A DNA stretch of 52,488 nucleotides from Nemertoderma westbladi (GCA_032718475.1 JAUCBJ010006643.1:1-52488); one strand, 5' to 3'; counted from the stretch's first letter, positions 1 through 12,183 are shown. Translations and numbers: made by a program. The notes: generated from the sequence alone by a model not told the origin.

Positions 1-380
1 ACTGACATTCATGTCTGGAAATTTGTATGCTAGTAGTGTGGTAATGTAATGGTAAACAGGACAAAAATTAAACTGTATATACATTATACAGTAGCTGTAG
101 CCTACATCAGTAGTTGATGTACAGTATAAATTTATAAAAATGTGACATAGTGACTGACACCAGAAAGACAACCTTTTAGGATAATAATGATAATGATATA
201 ACAAAAATGGATATGGCAATAATATATGTACGCCTTATGTATGATGTAGTCGTCATATAAATGACGAACTCTAGGCCTACTGTAAAATACTTTACAATAG
301 ATATTCAAAGAATGTTATCTTATTTGCTTACTTATGATATGATATTAATCAAAATGGTTTAAAGTGAGCAAGAGGGAAAT

Positions 381-1360
381 TCAAACTGATTCGTTCTCTA
401 CCCTTATTTCTCGCTCTTTGCGCTCCTCGTTCTCCTTCTCATCTTGCTCTCTACAGTTCCTGGCCACCCTCTCGGCCCTCTCTCTACACTCCCTCGCTAA
501 CTCTCTCTCTTTCTCCAACAGCGCAGTTTTCTCATCCAACTGCCTCTCTAATTCTTTCTGGTCTAGCGCCACCATGTCTAATTGACACGCCAGATCTATC
601 TCTAACACCCTTCTTGCTTTCGCGGAGGATGTAGCGGACTTGTCGGTCATGATGGACTCCCGTCGCCTCCCTGTCCTACTAACTTTCCCCCGCTTTCTGG
701 GGTTCTCGCTAACCGACGAGACCGAATCCTCGGGGTTAACCTCGGGTTCACCCTCGTGCGGATCTGCCCAACCCACTAACTTAATTCCCCTAGCATCCAC
801 TAAATACTGCCCTACGTACACTACCTCAGGCTCCATAACCCCGGATCGCCACAGTTCGAATAGTTCGGTGGCGCTCGCTCTCTCACTCGCCAGTTCTCCC
901 TGCCCGAAACGGACTAGATATCAGAAATGTTTATTCGACTCACGTAGCCGCTGGCTCAACTTCCCTTGGTTCACCTTCGCCCCCTCTCTGGCCTCCTTGA
1001 GCTGTTTCTTCATGGCGTTGTAGGCCCGTCGAAGCAGATTGCTGGTTCCGACATCCTCGTCGCCGACATCTCCTCCCCCTCTCCTGGTTCGGCGTCGTAC
1101 CGGCGGCCCCACCGTCGCCGTTCCGGTGGGCCATCCGTCGCCCTCGGCCTGTGGCTGGCCGGTGACTTCGGTACCTGGACCGCCGTCGTGCCTCGACTCC
1201 TCCCTTCCTCCTGGTAGACGGCCGCCCTCCGCTTGGGCTGCCGGATCGTCTCTAGCCGGCGAATCCGGCGTCGCGGGTCGATACCGTCGCGTCGCGGCCT
1301 CGCGGATCGTTAGGTTGGTGTCGTCCAGGGTCCGCGGCGGTGTACTCTCTCCCTCTAAAT
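381..1360 (-). pseudogene. Bel/Pao gag N-terminal region, truncated, with an in-frame stop
   Basis: ORFs 921..1112 and 381..836 share a frame and are separated by a single TGA at 921-923; the frame stays open up to ~1360. 'VNPEDSVSSVS...SATSSAKARR...' followed by an E/K/R coiled coil resembles Bel/Pao gag N-termini. It lies directly downstream of the LTR at 1377-1790. Confidence 0.7.
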
Positions 1361-1376
1361 CTCAGGGCTCATTTCC

Positions 1377-1790
1377 TGTAGTGACGGTGACGGTGCAAGA
1401 TGTCACCGGTCTGCACTCAACTAATGACTGAATAACTGAAATGGTAGCTCAACACATTGGGAATATATCTAATCATTCCTACATTACCGTGGCCTCTCTC
1501 CAGTGGATGCTTTCTCCCGCTCCTATTGGCTTATAACCTACTTCACGCCTCTCACCTCTGTGGGAGTGCTTCCCTCCCCCCCCCCCCCCCCCCCCCCTGT
1601 TGGTTGTTTGCTCTCTCGAGGTGGTTTGACCTCCAACCTCCCTTTGTGTGGCTTTTGGGGTGTGTGTTATCCCCATTATTTGGTGTGATACGAGATTGGT
1701 TGTTATCAATCTCGTATCTCCAATATTGCTGAAAAAGGCGCCACTTCCCAACTTTATGGGGGTAATGGAGTGGAATTGAATCCGCTCACA
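1377..1790 (-). mobile_element. 5' LTR of a Bel/Pao element
   Basis: The minus strand reads TGTGAGC...CACTACA (TG..CA). It shares the blocks CCCATAAAGTTG, AGCAATATTGG, ACGAGATTG..CTCGT and GTGCAG, in the same order, with the LTR at 47574-48102. Confidence 0.75.
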
Positions 1791-2542
1791 ACCTCCTGAG
1801 GATAATAATGGTTGTTGGAAGGAGATAGAAGCCCCAACATGGCGAAAAAAACATCCAACTTATACTACAAAATTTGACTTGCAGAATGAAAAGTTAGTAA
1901 AGGAAAATGTAGAGCTTCAATTGGCTGAGCTCACACCAGTAGAGTTATTTGAAAAAATGTATGACTCAGAAATTCTGAATTTATTCAAAGTAGAGAGTAT
2001 TCGCTATGCTCATGAACAGAAAAATGAGCCCAATTTTGATCTATCAACTGATGAACTTAAGTCATTTATTGGTTTCCTGTTCTATACATCATATCATACA
2101 TTAGCCGCAGAACATTTTTATTGGTGTAATGATGATGATATGCACTTGCGATTTGTTGCGGTTTGAAGGGTGCGGGTCAAGGCCACAAACTTATTGTGGA
2201 AAGTGTGAGGTTACCCTTTGTGTTGACTGTTTTGCTCCCTACCACACTCAATAATTTGGTATTATAGATAAATATAAGATAAATATATGGTAAATCTAAT
2301 ATTTAATTTTAATTCTTGAATCTATGGAACTAATCTCTGAACTATGAAAATAGCAGTAAATCATGGTATTTTTATATATGCTATTTACCAGTGGCATCAT
2401 ATGAGATCAGTCAAAAAATATAGGAAGGGTTACATTTTTTCGAATTTTTTTTTCAAATTATTCTTGATTACCCCCCAAAACCTAAGAAAATGAAAAAAAA
2501 AATATAATTATCACCCAGCTTCTAGTTGCGGTAAATAATGGG
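1791..2542 (+). mobile_element. Internally deleted piggyBac transposon (3' part)
   Basis: ORF 1879..2166 has piggyBac N-terminal motifs (TPVELF, ELKSFIGFL, FYW). 2159-2254 in another frame reads GCGSRPQTYCGKCEVTLCVDCFAPYHTQ*, the piggyBac C-terminal Cys-rich domain. The DDD core is missing. The element ends ...ATGGG|TTAA (TTAA at 2543-2546). Confidence 0.85.
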
Positions 2543-3763
2543 TTAAATATCAGTGTAGCACGAACCCTCTTATTTATTACACTGCTTCTGGGGTCTAACG
2601 TATATCCTCGACAGGTCACTCGTGGGCCGACAGTATGATCCCTGAGCGAAACCGGAAATTACATGGGAAGGGAGGTAGGCATTCTACTAGAGAGTGTCTG
2701 TGGAATCGTATAATGGTGTTTCGACTATCTCACAACCGATGAAAGATATCCCTCTGGTGACCTTTACTGGGAGGAGTTCCCTTACAGAATGTAACTATTG
2801 CGCCCAAATAAATATAAATCAATAAAATGCACTCAAATGTCCCCCTATTCCAACTATGACTTAAAATGACCACTATTTCTTATTCCCCCCATTAGCTATA
2901 ATAATTATTAAGATTTCCTACTAAATACTCGATATAAACTGTAATAATGTATTGCTTCAACTTCTTTCCGAATAGCACTAATATTATTTATCTAAGAAAA
3001 AAAGCAAAAAATTCGAGTCTACTTTCTTACTTACTAACTTAACACTTTAACTATTTACCTACTTTTAAAAAAGATCCCATAGCACTATCTAGGTGTTGAC
3101 TAACGTGTTCTTGAATATACTGAAAATTATCATTTAATGTCAATTTGACATCAAGGCGCGGTTCGGTGAGTTCATATATATCGTGACCATAGAGCCAGAA
3201 CAACACACACCAAAAAATGTGGTTTCGAGAAAAATACAAAAAACCTTCTCATTTCACTCCACATGGATCCCGTCTCCTAAAATTTTCGACAGAGGTCTGG
3301 GAAGATACAATGATATATTTTATTATAGTGTCTAGTATTCAGAATTAATTTTCTTAATGAAAAAAACGGTTTTTTTCGTTATTTTTGAAAGAGGCAAAAC
3401 AACACATACTGAAATTTAACATTACTCTAGTCGGTGTGTGTTGTTTTACCTCTAGGATTTTGTCACAGAAACAGAACAACTCACATCATTCCTCGACTAT
3501 TGAATGGTTTTTGTTGTTTTTCCTGGCAAAGTGTGATAGATATTTAAATGGGAAATGTTTAACATTACAAATATTAAAATTAAATCAAATTTTAGCATTT
3601 AATTAAGCAATTAAATCATGAGGATATGCAAACCTAGACTGACATACTGTTTATTATACAGTAGTGTTAAATTACACATTATTATACTGTTTACTTGTTT
3701 TTTATAGGCCTACTGTTTATTATTACAGTTGTAGTAACTTTCTGTTTTTTAGCAGTTTTTTTA

Positions 3764-6479
3764 TCAGTTATCTATATACATATCTTCGTATTCATCTTCT
3801 ACATCGGAGCTTGCTAGCTCATCTGCAACAGTAGCAGAGGTCTTTATATTCCAATACCATTGATGGTATGCTCCCGGTATTACTCCAGAATTACACAACC
3901 CAATCAAATCCTTCTTCAGCTTCGGAGAGACCCTTGGCATTTTGGCATATGCAGGTGGAGGAAGTTTCACCCTCCTCCCAACTGGGCCGTTTCGCATCGT
4001 TGGTTTCTGCAAATGCACTTGTTCCATGTCTCCATTGCATGCTGTTTTGTAGAATATACGGACCTCTGTATCACATTGTTCAAATCGCATAACATGTAGT
4101 TTAGCCCATGGGACTTTTTCTCCTTTGGAGTTTGAGAGATCTAGTGGAAATAGGTATTCACTATTCTTCCAGTTGTAAATATCACTCGTTTTGATTCCTT
4201 CAACTTCATAATGGGATGGTGTAACACGAGCTCCACTCAGTATTGGGATCCAGTCATTGGGAACCCAAGCTTGTGTACTTTTAGATGCATGTTCTATTCT
4301 TGAGTGCATCGAATCAGCACTGAGGTAGGTATGGCCAGGAAGAAGATACAGTAAAACGATCGTCTTGATGTTTTTACTTTGGAGAAGAAAACAGTAAAAC
4401 ATAGTTAATACCAAGCGGTTCCTATTTTGTCCACCGCAGCAATCACACTGAGCAAATATCCCACTAGCTTCGGGATGATTTAGATCTATCCACAGCAGTT
4501 CCTTCCAGAGGCAACTCGCTATTTCATTTGATCCGCGCTTTACGATTGTCTGGTCCCAAAAGTAACAGCATCCACGTTTGGATTTAGTATGGAAGACAGT
4601 AAAATTGTAAGCAGCTAACTTTCTAGAAAACCCAAGCAGCATACTTTTGCCCAATGGAGTGTTTAGAACCTTTTCCAAATCAAACGTTATACTAAGTAAA
4701 CCTTGATCACTCCTTGAACGCTCCTCTAATTTTTCTTTCTGTTCATATATCGCCTCCTTCTCTTTCATATGCTCATCGTAACCCTCGACAACTTCACCGC
4801 GGTCATGTCTGAAGCAAAGAACACACTTATCCTTTTTGGGTACATGGACAGAAATGTTATATTCTCTAAAAATTTCTGTAAATTTCCAAAAGTGAACAGG
4901 TTCTTCCTTTTCTATCTCAGCTCCGTTTTCTAATTCCTTTGTATACTTCGCGTATATAACGGGCAATGACTTTAACTGGCTTTATTTAATCTTATGAAAG
5001 TGGAGCACAATTCCGACATTACTGCAAATCATAAAATCTTATTTAAATTTTGTACTGTGTGTGTGCCCTAGCATTCCACCAGTTTTCCATTGGTAACATA
5101 TTTACTTACAATAGGCCTATAGGGTTCCTGCGTTCTGTGGTCTGACTTCTGTTTTGGGCTAGGTGGTAACAGAGTTGATGGTGCGATTAATTTAGGTCAT
5201 TGGTGCATTATAGATAGGCTTGGCTAATTCCCTGTCCAGCTGACGAGGTGTCGAGGATTAGCGCGTACTGGTCCAAGACACCAAAACGCAACCATATTTT
5301 TCACAAATTAATTATTTTTGCCTCAGTCATACCCCTTTCACGGCGACAAAATTGTCATATATTTTCTTATAGAATATAGGCTTAGCTATTGTGCAGTTTA
5401 TTAACGGTATCATTTAGTGTATGGTGGGTAGGCTTAGGGTTAGGGTTGCGACACATACCTGTATGTTTAGCATGTATTTATATTATTGTTTGTGTTTGTG
5501 TGTTTGTTGTTCTTCGATGACCCTAGGGGTCGAGAAATATTTTGGGCTAAATGTCCTGATTCTATATTTTTTATTGGGGGTGTAAGACTCCTGTTCTTCC
5601 ATTAATTTAATTTAATATATACATACCAACCTCCTATTAGTCAGTATGTCGTTAACATCAATTATCATTTAACTGGGGTGGAATATACTTCTTGTTAGTT
5701 TTTTTCCTCGTATAATGAGAGGGCACAGCTGGTAGAGATTCTATAAAATCTCTAACCTTGTTGGTTCTTTTAACTGGTGTTTTATTCTTAGGCTCATGGC
5801 GACCTCGTTCATCTTTCTTAGCAATAAAGTTGCCCGTCCTTCTCTGCCGTACATGGCGCAGTTTGGCTAAACTTATATCCAAAGTTGCTGTAAGAAATCT
5901 TCGACACACATCTACCAGTTCACCTCCTTTAGGCATATTATACGACACTGTTTCAAATTTTCGTGCAGGTTTGTCTTCATTATAGTGCCTCTTAACCGGC
6001 TTTATATTTTGTCTTGCCAGAAGCCAATCATTTTTTTGAACCTCATTTAGCTTATAGTAGCCAGTGAAAACAGCTTTCCGATCATCTTCGGTCCATTCTT
6101 TACAGGCATTTGGACATCGCTTTGCCGAACAGCATGGGTTTTCTCTCACAACTTTTGCAGGTCGTCGCACCTTTTCCTTCTTATTATTTTTGGTGAAATA
6201 TTCCTTACCAGATGATTTAGCGGACTTACGCACATTACATTTCCATGCTGCTTTATTGGCCTTCTTTCGCCCCTTGCCAGGCTTCCTCATATGTTTCCCT
6301 ACGACGTCATTGCTATTGACTGGAAGGACATAATACCTAGACACATTTGAAGTAGCATTATCTTCATCATCACTAGAACTAGATGATGCAATATTATCTG
6401 ACTCTGTAAACTCCAAGTCATGAACATTCTCCATTTGTACATTGGCATCACCCACTGGTGAATTCACAATTGAGCACAT
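3764..6479 (-). pseudogene. Sola1-type DDE/D transposase interrupted by an insertion (ORFs 5658..6479 and 3764..4966)
   Basis: Motifs SHYTRK..KKY, PKKDKC..C, FDLEKVL, RKL..YNFT, RGSNEIASC, CDCCGGQNRN and GHTYLSADSMHSRIE. Removing the insert plus one TSD copy restores ...YIPPQLKSLPVIY... in frame. Confidence 0.85.
4980..5667. mobile_element. ~690-bp non-coding insertion with 9-bp TSD
   Basis: TTTAACTGG is duplicated at 4971-4979 and 5668-5676. No TIRs. Contains degenerate hammerhead-like motifs and TTAGGGTTAGGG. Confidence 0.8.
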
Positions 6480-7469
6480 ATGATTTAAATGATAATTTCT
6501 ATAAATAGCCCTAACTCCGTTATAACTAATTTTAAAATAAGTATTATGTTAATTTAAGTTTGATTCAATACTAACATGATTTAAAAATATTACTTTAAAA
6601 AACTGTACTCAAATAGTTTATGACTAAACGTCCATTTTTGACGACTTGTTTTTTGCTGTGTTTTAGTCCCAGCGGCAAAAAAGTCCCTTATCGCGACAAA
6701 AAAACGCGGCAGTGAAATATGGTTCCAAAAAAAGAGGCCAAAATTATTGGATGATGTTAAGATGTTTAAAATCGCAGGTGCTCAGCTGCAAAATAATCAC
6801 ATGCTGTCCCTAGTATATCTGTATCAAAACTTTCAACTGGTTCGACTAAAACTCGATTGAAGTTAATAACCACGGATCCATCATCATTAAGAACAGAATT
6901 CACATCACGTAATAGACCTGACATTGTTTGTGGCCGAAAAGGCTCATCATCAAATCCTAAAAACGACATTACTGTACCGGTAATCTACATTACCCGATTA
7001 AATCGTGTCGATGTGTGGAATAGTTCATATTAATCAAATTTGCCGCCAATTTAAATACATATTCCAGAATAAATTGGCTTCTTTTGATTCGTTGACGTTT
7101 ATCATATTCATGAGTTGCCATACATTGCATTGTGTGGTATGGGTTATTTTGCCTCTGCTAGGGTGTGTGTGAGATGTTTTCCTTCGAATACGTGTGGTAT
7201 GTGTTGTTTTACCTCTGATAGTTTTCAACTTCCTTCTAAACGGACTGACATACAAGTCTAGGATTTTAACATAAGATGTAGAATGCCATCTTGAGTAATT
7301 TTGGCGAAAAAATTTTTTTTTGAAAAATTGTGGTATGTGTCGTTCTGGCTCTATGGTCACGATATAAGTTCTATATAAGTAAACAAACGCCGGTTGGTCG
7401 GTGGTGGAGTAGATTGGGAGTTGTTGGAGGGAGTTTTGCGTTTCCGAGAAAAGAGTTGAGTGAAGCTAA

Positions 7470-7590
7470 CATGAGGATCCAGTTACTATAAAATTAAATC
7501 AAGATGACTTTGTTGGTGACGATGTGTTGTTGGTCACTGAGAGTCAAGTGAAACGAATCAACAATGCTTATAAGTTGAGTAAAGGTTTAA
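7470..7590 (+). pseudogene. Short fragment resembling a Polinton/Maverick (adintovirus-like) small core-type protein
   Basis: Translates as HEDPVTIKLNQDDFVGDDVLLVTESQVKRINNAYKLSKGL, which fits the V-x-I-x-L...G-x-D-x-L-x-x-T-x-x-Q...AY...KG pattern as I recall it from Polinton proteins. Confidence 0.5.
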
Positions 7591-8154
7591 ACAAAAGCAC
7601 AAAAGTATAAAATTTAATGCTTGACTATTCAAAATTATTTTCCTTTGAAGACCAGCACCAATGGAATCATGTATAGAATATATTATCACGCAGGTATTTG
7701 AATACATTTTCGAGAGTACAATAGAGGTGGCCCATAACTTGAACACTCCCTAACCTATGTGTCTTACAGTTTAGTTTTACTGGAAAAGATTCGGTAATGA
7801 CACTATAAGCCCAGATTTCGCCATTAAACCCAGAGATCTTTGCGGCCTTAATGATTCCTGTCATCTCCCACTCTCCCACAAATGCATCATGCATGGCTGT
7901 GTCTGTATAGTCACTACGGATAATTCGGAAACCTTAACTGATGATAGGTCGTGCAATAATTTTGAACTCTTCTCCATTTTCAATTCTCTAGTGTTGTAGT
8001 GTTGTGGCATAATTATTATTATTATATTCTTTAATTCATCCAAAACAATAAATTTGTATCAAGAAAACTAATTGCTGGACATAAGCAATGGTCCTACAGT
8101 AAAATAATTATTTATTTAAATGAACTAAATATGTATGTATGTAGCACAATATTA

Positions 8155-8844
8155 TTAATAAATAGTAAGCATTGATTTCCACCGGGAGCCAGTAATACAA
8201 TTGTTAACAATAGCAATAACTGAGCTATCACTTGAGTCTAACCTTCTAGTTATGCTGTCAATTGATTGAGCACGTAAATGAGTGAACATTGGGATATTGT
8301 TCATTCCAAAAAATAATGACATGCTAGACCTAAACGGTATTTTGAAAAATAAACGTGCTGCCTTATTATACGCTACTTTAAGACGATTGTATACAGAATT
8401 TGAATAATTTAAACGACACCAAAGTGCATTGCAATATATCGGGGTTATAAATGAAATAAATAATAACTGAGACAGTTTCAGCAGGAGACACGCTACATCA
8501 GAACTCGCTAAGTTAAACGGCGGGATATTACTGAGACAGGCAGGAGTAAAGCGAGGTTTTCTCTCATCGCTCAACTCAACAAACAGCGAGCACTCAAACA
8601 TATCGATAACGTCGTTCACAATTGACTTACGCATTCCCTGACCTGATTTCCGTTGCTTAGAAAATGCCGCAGTGCTCTTATTACCAGGTATGCAATCTTG
8701 GAGGAGTTTCTTCGCTTCCTTCAACATTTCATCGCTAAACTTTGACCAGTTTTCCACAACATCAATCAGAACCGATCGTGGAAAACCCATTGTGACGTGG
8801 CCGCACCAAAGGTATGACAATACATCACTTCCACATGTCTGCAT
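8155..8844 (-). CDS. Internally deleted CR1/L2-group LINE: in-frame fusion of ORF1 N-terminus and ORF2 C-terminus
   Basis: aa 1-127 resemble CR1-group ORF1 N-termini (LKEAKKLL, IVNDVIDM, PRF..CLSNIPP...DVACLL). aa 128-229 resemble the RT ORF2 C-terminus (IYCNALW, LKVAYNKAARL, RRLDSSDS). An AATAAA-rich tail lies near 8110. Confidence 0.65.
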   Translation of the reverse strand: MQTCGSDVLSYLWCGHVTMGFPRSVLIDVVENWSKFSDEMLKEAKKLLQDCIPGNKSTAAFSKQRKSGQGMRKSIVNDVIDMFECSLFVELSDERKPRFTPACLSNIPPFNLASSDVACLLLKLSQLLFISFITPIYCNALWCRLNYSNSVYNRLKVAYNKAARLFFKIPFRSSMSLFFGMNNIPMFTHLRAQSIDSITRRLDSSDSSVIAIVNNCITGSRWKSMLTIY

Positions 8845-10825
8845 TCGTTACTCAACGTATTATCCGTTCCAACCGTGCAACTGTACCGGTAACACGGTTT
8901 TAGTGCAGTATGCTTATCTGTATATCTAAACCAACGGTAGTACCTACAGCAGTATAGCTAGCAGTACAGATACAAAGCAAACAGATACTAAAAGCAATTC
9001 TTTTCTTCAATTCAATTCATAAGATGCTATAGATCCAGTTTGCCCAGGGCACACTCTGATTGCTGCTACACATGCTTCCATGAAGCCACCCCACATGTAC
9101 AAATTTGGTGGTGGCACAAGGCAGGAACAGGCTTTGCACTGACATTTCCATTTCAAGCAAACCATACAAATAGCAGTTTTCGCCTGAATAAAATCCAGCG
9201 ATTAGTAAGATCCTCGCTACTTTGACCACCTCTATTGGTGTCTTCAGGCGCAGACCAAAGAACATTTTTAAAGGACTCTTAGCTGTGCCTCCTCTAAGCG
9301 AAACTGTAGGATGTTCGATGCATTCCCATCCCATTTCAGTAACTAGGGCACGAATAGCTTCCAGTAATACTATTCGAGTCATTACCGGGTGTTTATTCAG
9401 GAGTTCTGTTAGTGACAGCGTTTTTCCTTTCTCATAAGTAACAAATCTTCGAACCAACAGTCTTGTTAGTGCCATTTTTTCCAGTTTAAAAGTTTTAGTT
9501 GAATTACTAATCACTATAGGCTAGCCTATCTGACATATAACTAGTTAAGTTGTTCGCGTTTAAAAGTGAGTTAGTTGATTACTAGGAGATGTTTCGATAA
9601 CAACTGTTGAAAAGCTGTATTGAAAAAATGTTTTAATATTAACAGGTTAATATTAACATTATACAGTAGGACAATATAATAATAATACCCACCCAATGAA
9701 TTGTGAGACGGGATGCTCAGGGATCTGGTTACAGGTACAGTCCCAATCCCAATAAACATTAACTTGGTCATTTTGGCGGCCAAAACGACCAAAATGGCCA
9801 AATATAAATTGCGGCATTCATGAAAGGAACTTCTGAGGCAAGTTGGCTTGGCTTGTCAATCAAAGCCAGTGAATAGAGGCTGAGTGTAAGTAAAGCCCAG
9901 GATGTTGGCAGATAGAAAAAGGCTTCAATTTCCGGACATTCCCTCCCCAACCCCCCCCCCCCCCCCCCCCCCGGACAGTTCCATTCCGTTCGAGTAGGAC
10001 ACTACTGTTTTATATTTCGCACGTTTATTTTTCATTTTGTAAGGTAAACGGACCGCTTGTATCCAGACAAGTTGTACAGTATCCAATTTCCCTTTCTTAG
10101 CTCAGAAATTTATATTTTGCATCCCGATTTTACATTTTGTATCCACGTGTTATTTATGGATTTCATCAATTCAATTACACTGTATTGTTTGCTAATCTTT
10201 AAACAATTAATTAGATGACCTATATATTCCATCTGTTTCTCCTGTTCAAAGCAAAATCTAATCATGAATACTTTTTCACTGTAACTCGTAACTCAACCAA
10301 TTGGTCCTTTTTCGAAGAAATCCTACATGGGCATTTTGGAGCTAACCCGCCACTACTGCTTGGCTCACTGGAAGTGTATTTAGGTAAAGCTCTATTGTAG
10401 GCTGTGGCTCTGTTTAAGCTTAGCTGAGCCAAGACGACAGACATTTAGGATGGGAACACGAACATACCATATTATCCTTCCCCTATTCATTTCAATGGTA
10501 GCCAGCTTGTCTTTCCCACACTGGGGGTAGACCATTGCCATTGGTTAGCTGTATGCTATTGTAATACAAGGAGAGCGGCAGGATAAAGGGAAATGCCAAC
10601 CTCACTAATAAGGGGCTGGTCCCACAGGTCACTTTAAGGTAGGGGGTACAGTAGGTACTACAGTTTACATGTTCAAGGGCGTCAGTCCCTAGTCGCTAGC
10701 CCATAGTCTGTCATGGAGTTCCTGTTGTAGTTTCAGGCGCTTTCACTCAGTATCCTAGTGTCCAGGAAGTTGGGAGTTGAGTGTGGGTGGGTGGATTGGT
10801 GTCCCCCACGCAACACCGCAGTGTC

Positions 10826-11228
10826 AGAATACTACAAAACCAAGAACAACGACCCAAATAATAAAGACCTGTACAAATACAAAACACATGGGTTAACTCT
10901 CGTTTATTGTTTTGGTTCGCCAACACGCCTCTGTAACCTGCTTCTTTACTAACCTGCTCCTTTAAATGGCAATGTGACCTCACGCTCTCTGGCAATGGGA
11001 CCTAAAGCTCTTTGGAACCTAACGCTCTTTGGGACGTAACGCGACTTTACCTCTTTGTTTTGTACAGGTCACAATGAGCGTTAGGTACCATTGCTATTTA
11101 AAGGAGCAGGTTAGTAAAGGAGCAAGTTACAGAGGCGTGACGGGGGATTCAAAACAATTAACGAAAGTTAACACATGTAACAAGATGTATGCCGGTCTTT
11201 ATAATTGGGTCTTTGTTTTGTAGTCACC
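10826..11228. mobile_element. Foldback MITE, MULE-like
   Basis: Imperfect ~155-bp inverted arms (10832-10989 vs 11076-11223) and a 10-bp direct flank CCGCAGTGTC at 10816-10825 and 11229-11238. Confidence 0.75.
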
Positions 11229-11299
11229 CCGCAGTGTCCGCGAATTATACATTGTAGAAAAGTATTTAATAAAAATTTTATTATAAAAAAAAATATTAT

Positions 11300-11470
11300 T
11301 GAAATTAATTTCCGAAATTAACATCCCGAAATTAATTTATGGACGTCCATTAATTAGTTATTTCATTACGATTCTGATTGGTTGATAGATTAATTTCGGG
11401 ACGTCCATAAATTAATTTCGGGACGTCCATAAGTTAATTTCGGGACGTCCATAAATTAATTTCGGGACGT
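11300..11470. repeat. 22-bp tandem repeat ATTAATTTCGGGACGTCCATAA with inverted upstream copies
   Basis: About 4 direct copies at 11389-11470 and reverse-orientation copies at ~11320-11350. Confidence 0.85.
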
Positions 11471-12183
11471 TCAGATTATTATACATACTCCTCCTTTAAC
11501 GAAGCCCCATTCAACTCCTTTTATAAGACTGTGTACTCTATCAATGCCTCAGTGGGCGGACTCCAGTACTGCAAGGCTGCCTTGTAAGTTAACAATCTGT
11601 CAATAATAAAAATGAAAGCGAGCCGACATTTAGTCAGATCCACCAAATGGATGGCCAAGGAGACATACTGTCTGGATTGAGCTGATTCGAGTTAAATCGC
11701 TTCGCCAAAAGTAGCCCATAGAAATACACTACATTTTTTTGGTGATTTTGGCCGCCAAAACGACCAAGTAACTGCCTAAAGTATACAGATGTGTGGACCT
11801 AACGCTACCAGGCTGCCAGGCTACATTGTCCACAAAAGAGATTCTCAAAAATGTTTCCATTTCAAGCACAACTTTTATATATTAGCCCAATTTATTAATT
11901 TATAGGCCTATAGGCTAATGACAGACAGAATGACTACTGGTTGCCAATAGGCGGTAGGCCTAGATAGCTAGATGATATATATATTTATTATACATTTATT
12001 ATAGGAAGGGATCTAGGGGTCTTAACCTCGAGTGATGAGTTTATTTTACCGAAAATAACTTATCTTTTATTGGCGCAATTGTAGGACTACTGTAATCCCA
12101 TCACATGCGTACTTTTTAACCGGGTATTTTACAAATTTAGGAATCGCGTATTTTTTCTTGAAATTATCTCATATCTCTCCAAA

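Larger units (their letters stand above)
3182..7361 (-). mobile_element. Sola1-like DNA transposon, full length
   Basis: ~30-bp TIRs CGTGACCATAGAGCCAGAAC(A/G)ACACA(C/T)ACCA at 3182 and ending at 7361, flanked by a 4-bp ATAT duplication (AWWT type). It encloses the split transposase. Confidence 0.85.
9763..11768. mobile_element. Putative non-autonomous DNA transposon with ~28-bp palindromic termini
   Basis: CTTGGTCATTTTGGCGGCCAAAACGACC at 9763 and its imperfect reverse complement ending at 11768, with TAA on both flanks. Confidence 0.45.

Noticed and set aside
5434-5445. TTAGGG telomeric repeat
   Set aside because: Only two units, internal to an insertion.
6766-6969. Possible first exon of the Sola1 transposase
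   Set aside because: No convincing splice donor found.
9017-9514. 165-aa ORF with Cys-rich frameshifted tail
   Set aside because: No family recognised; possibly a decayed transposon gene but unsupported.
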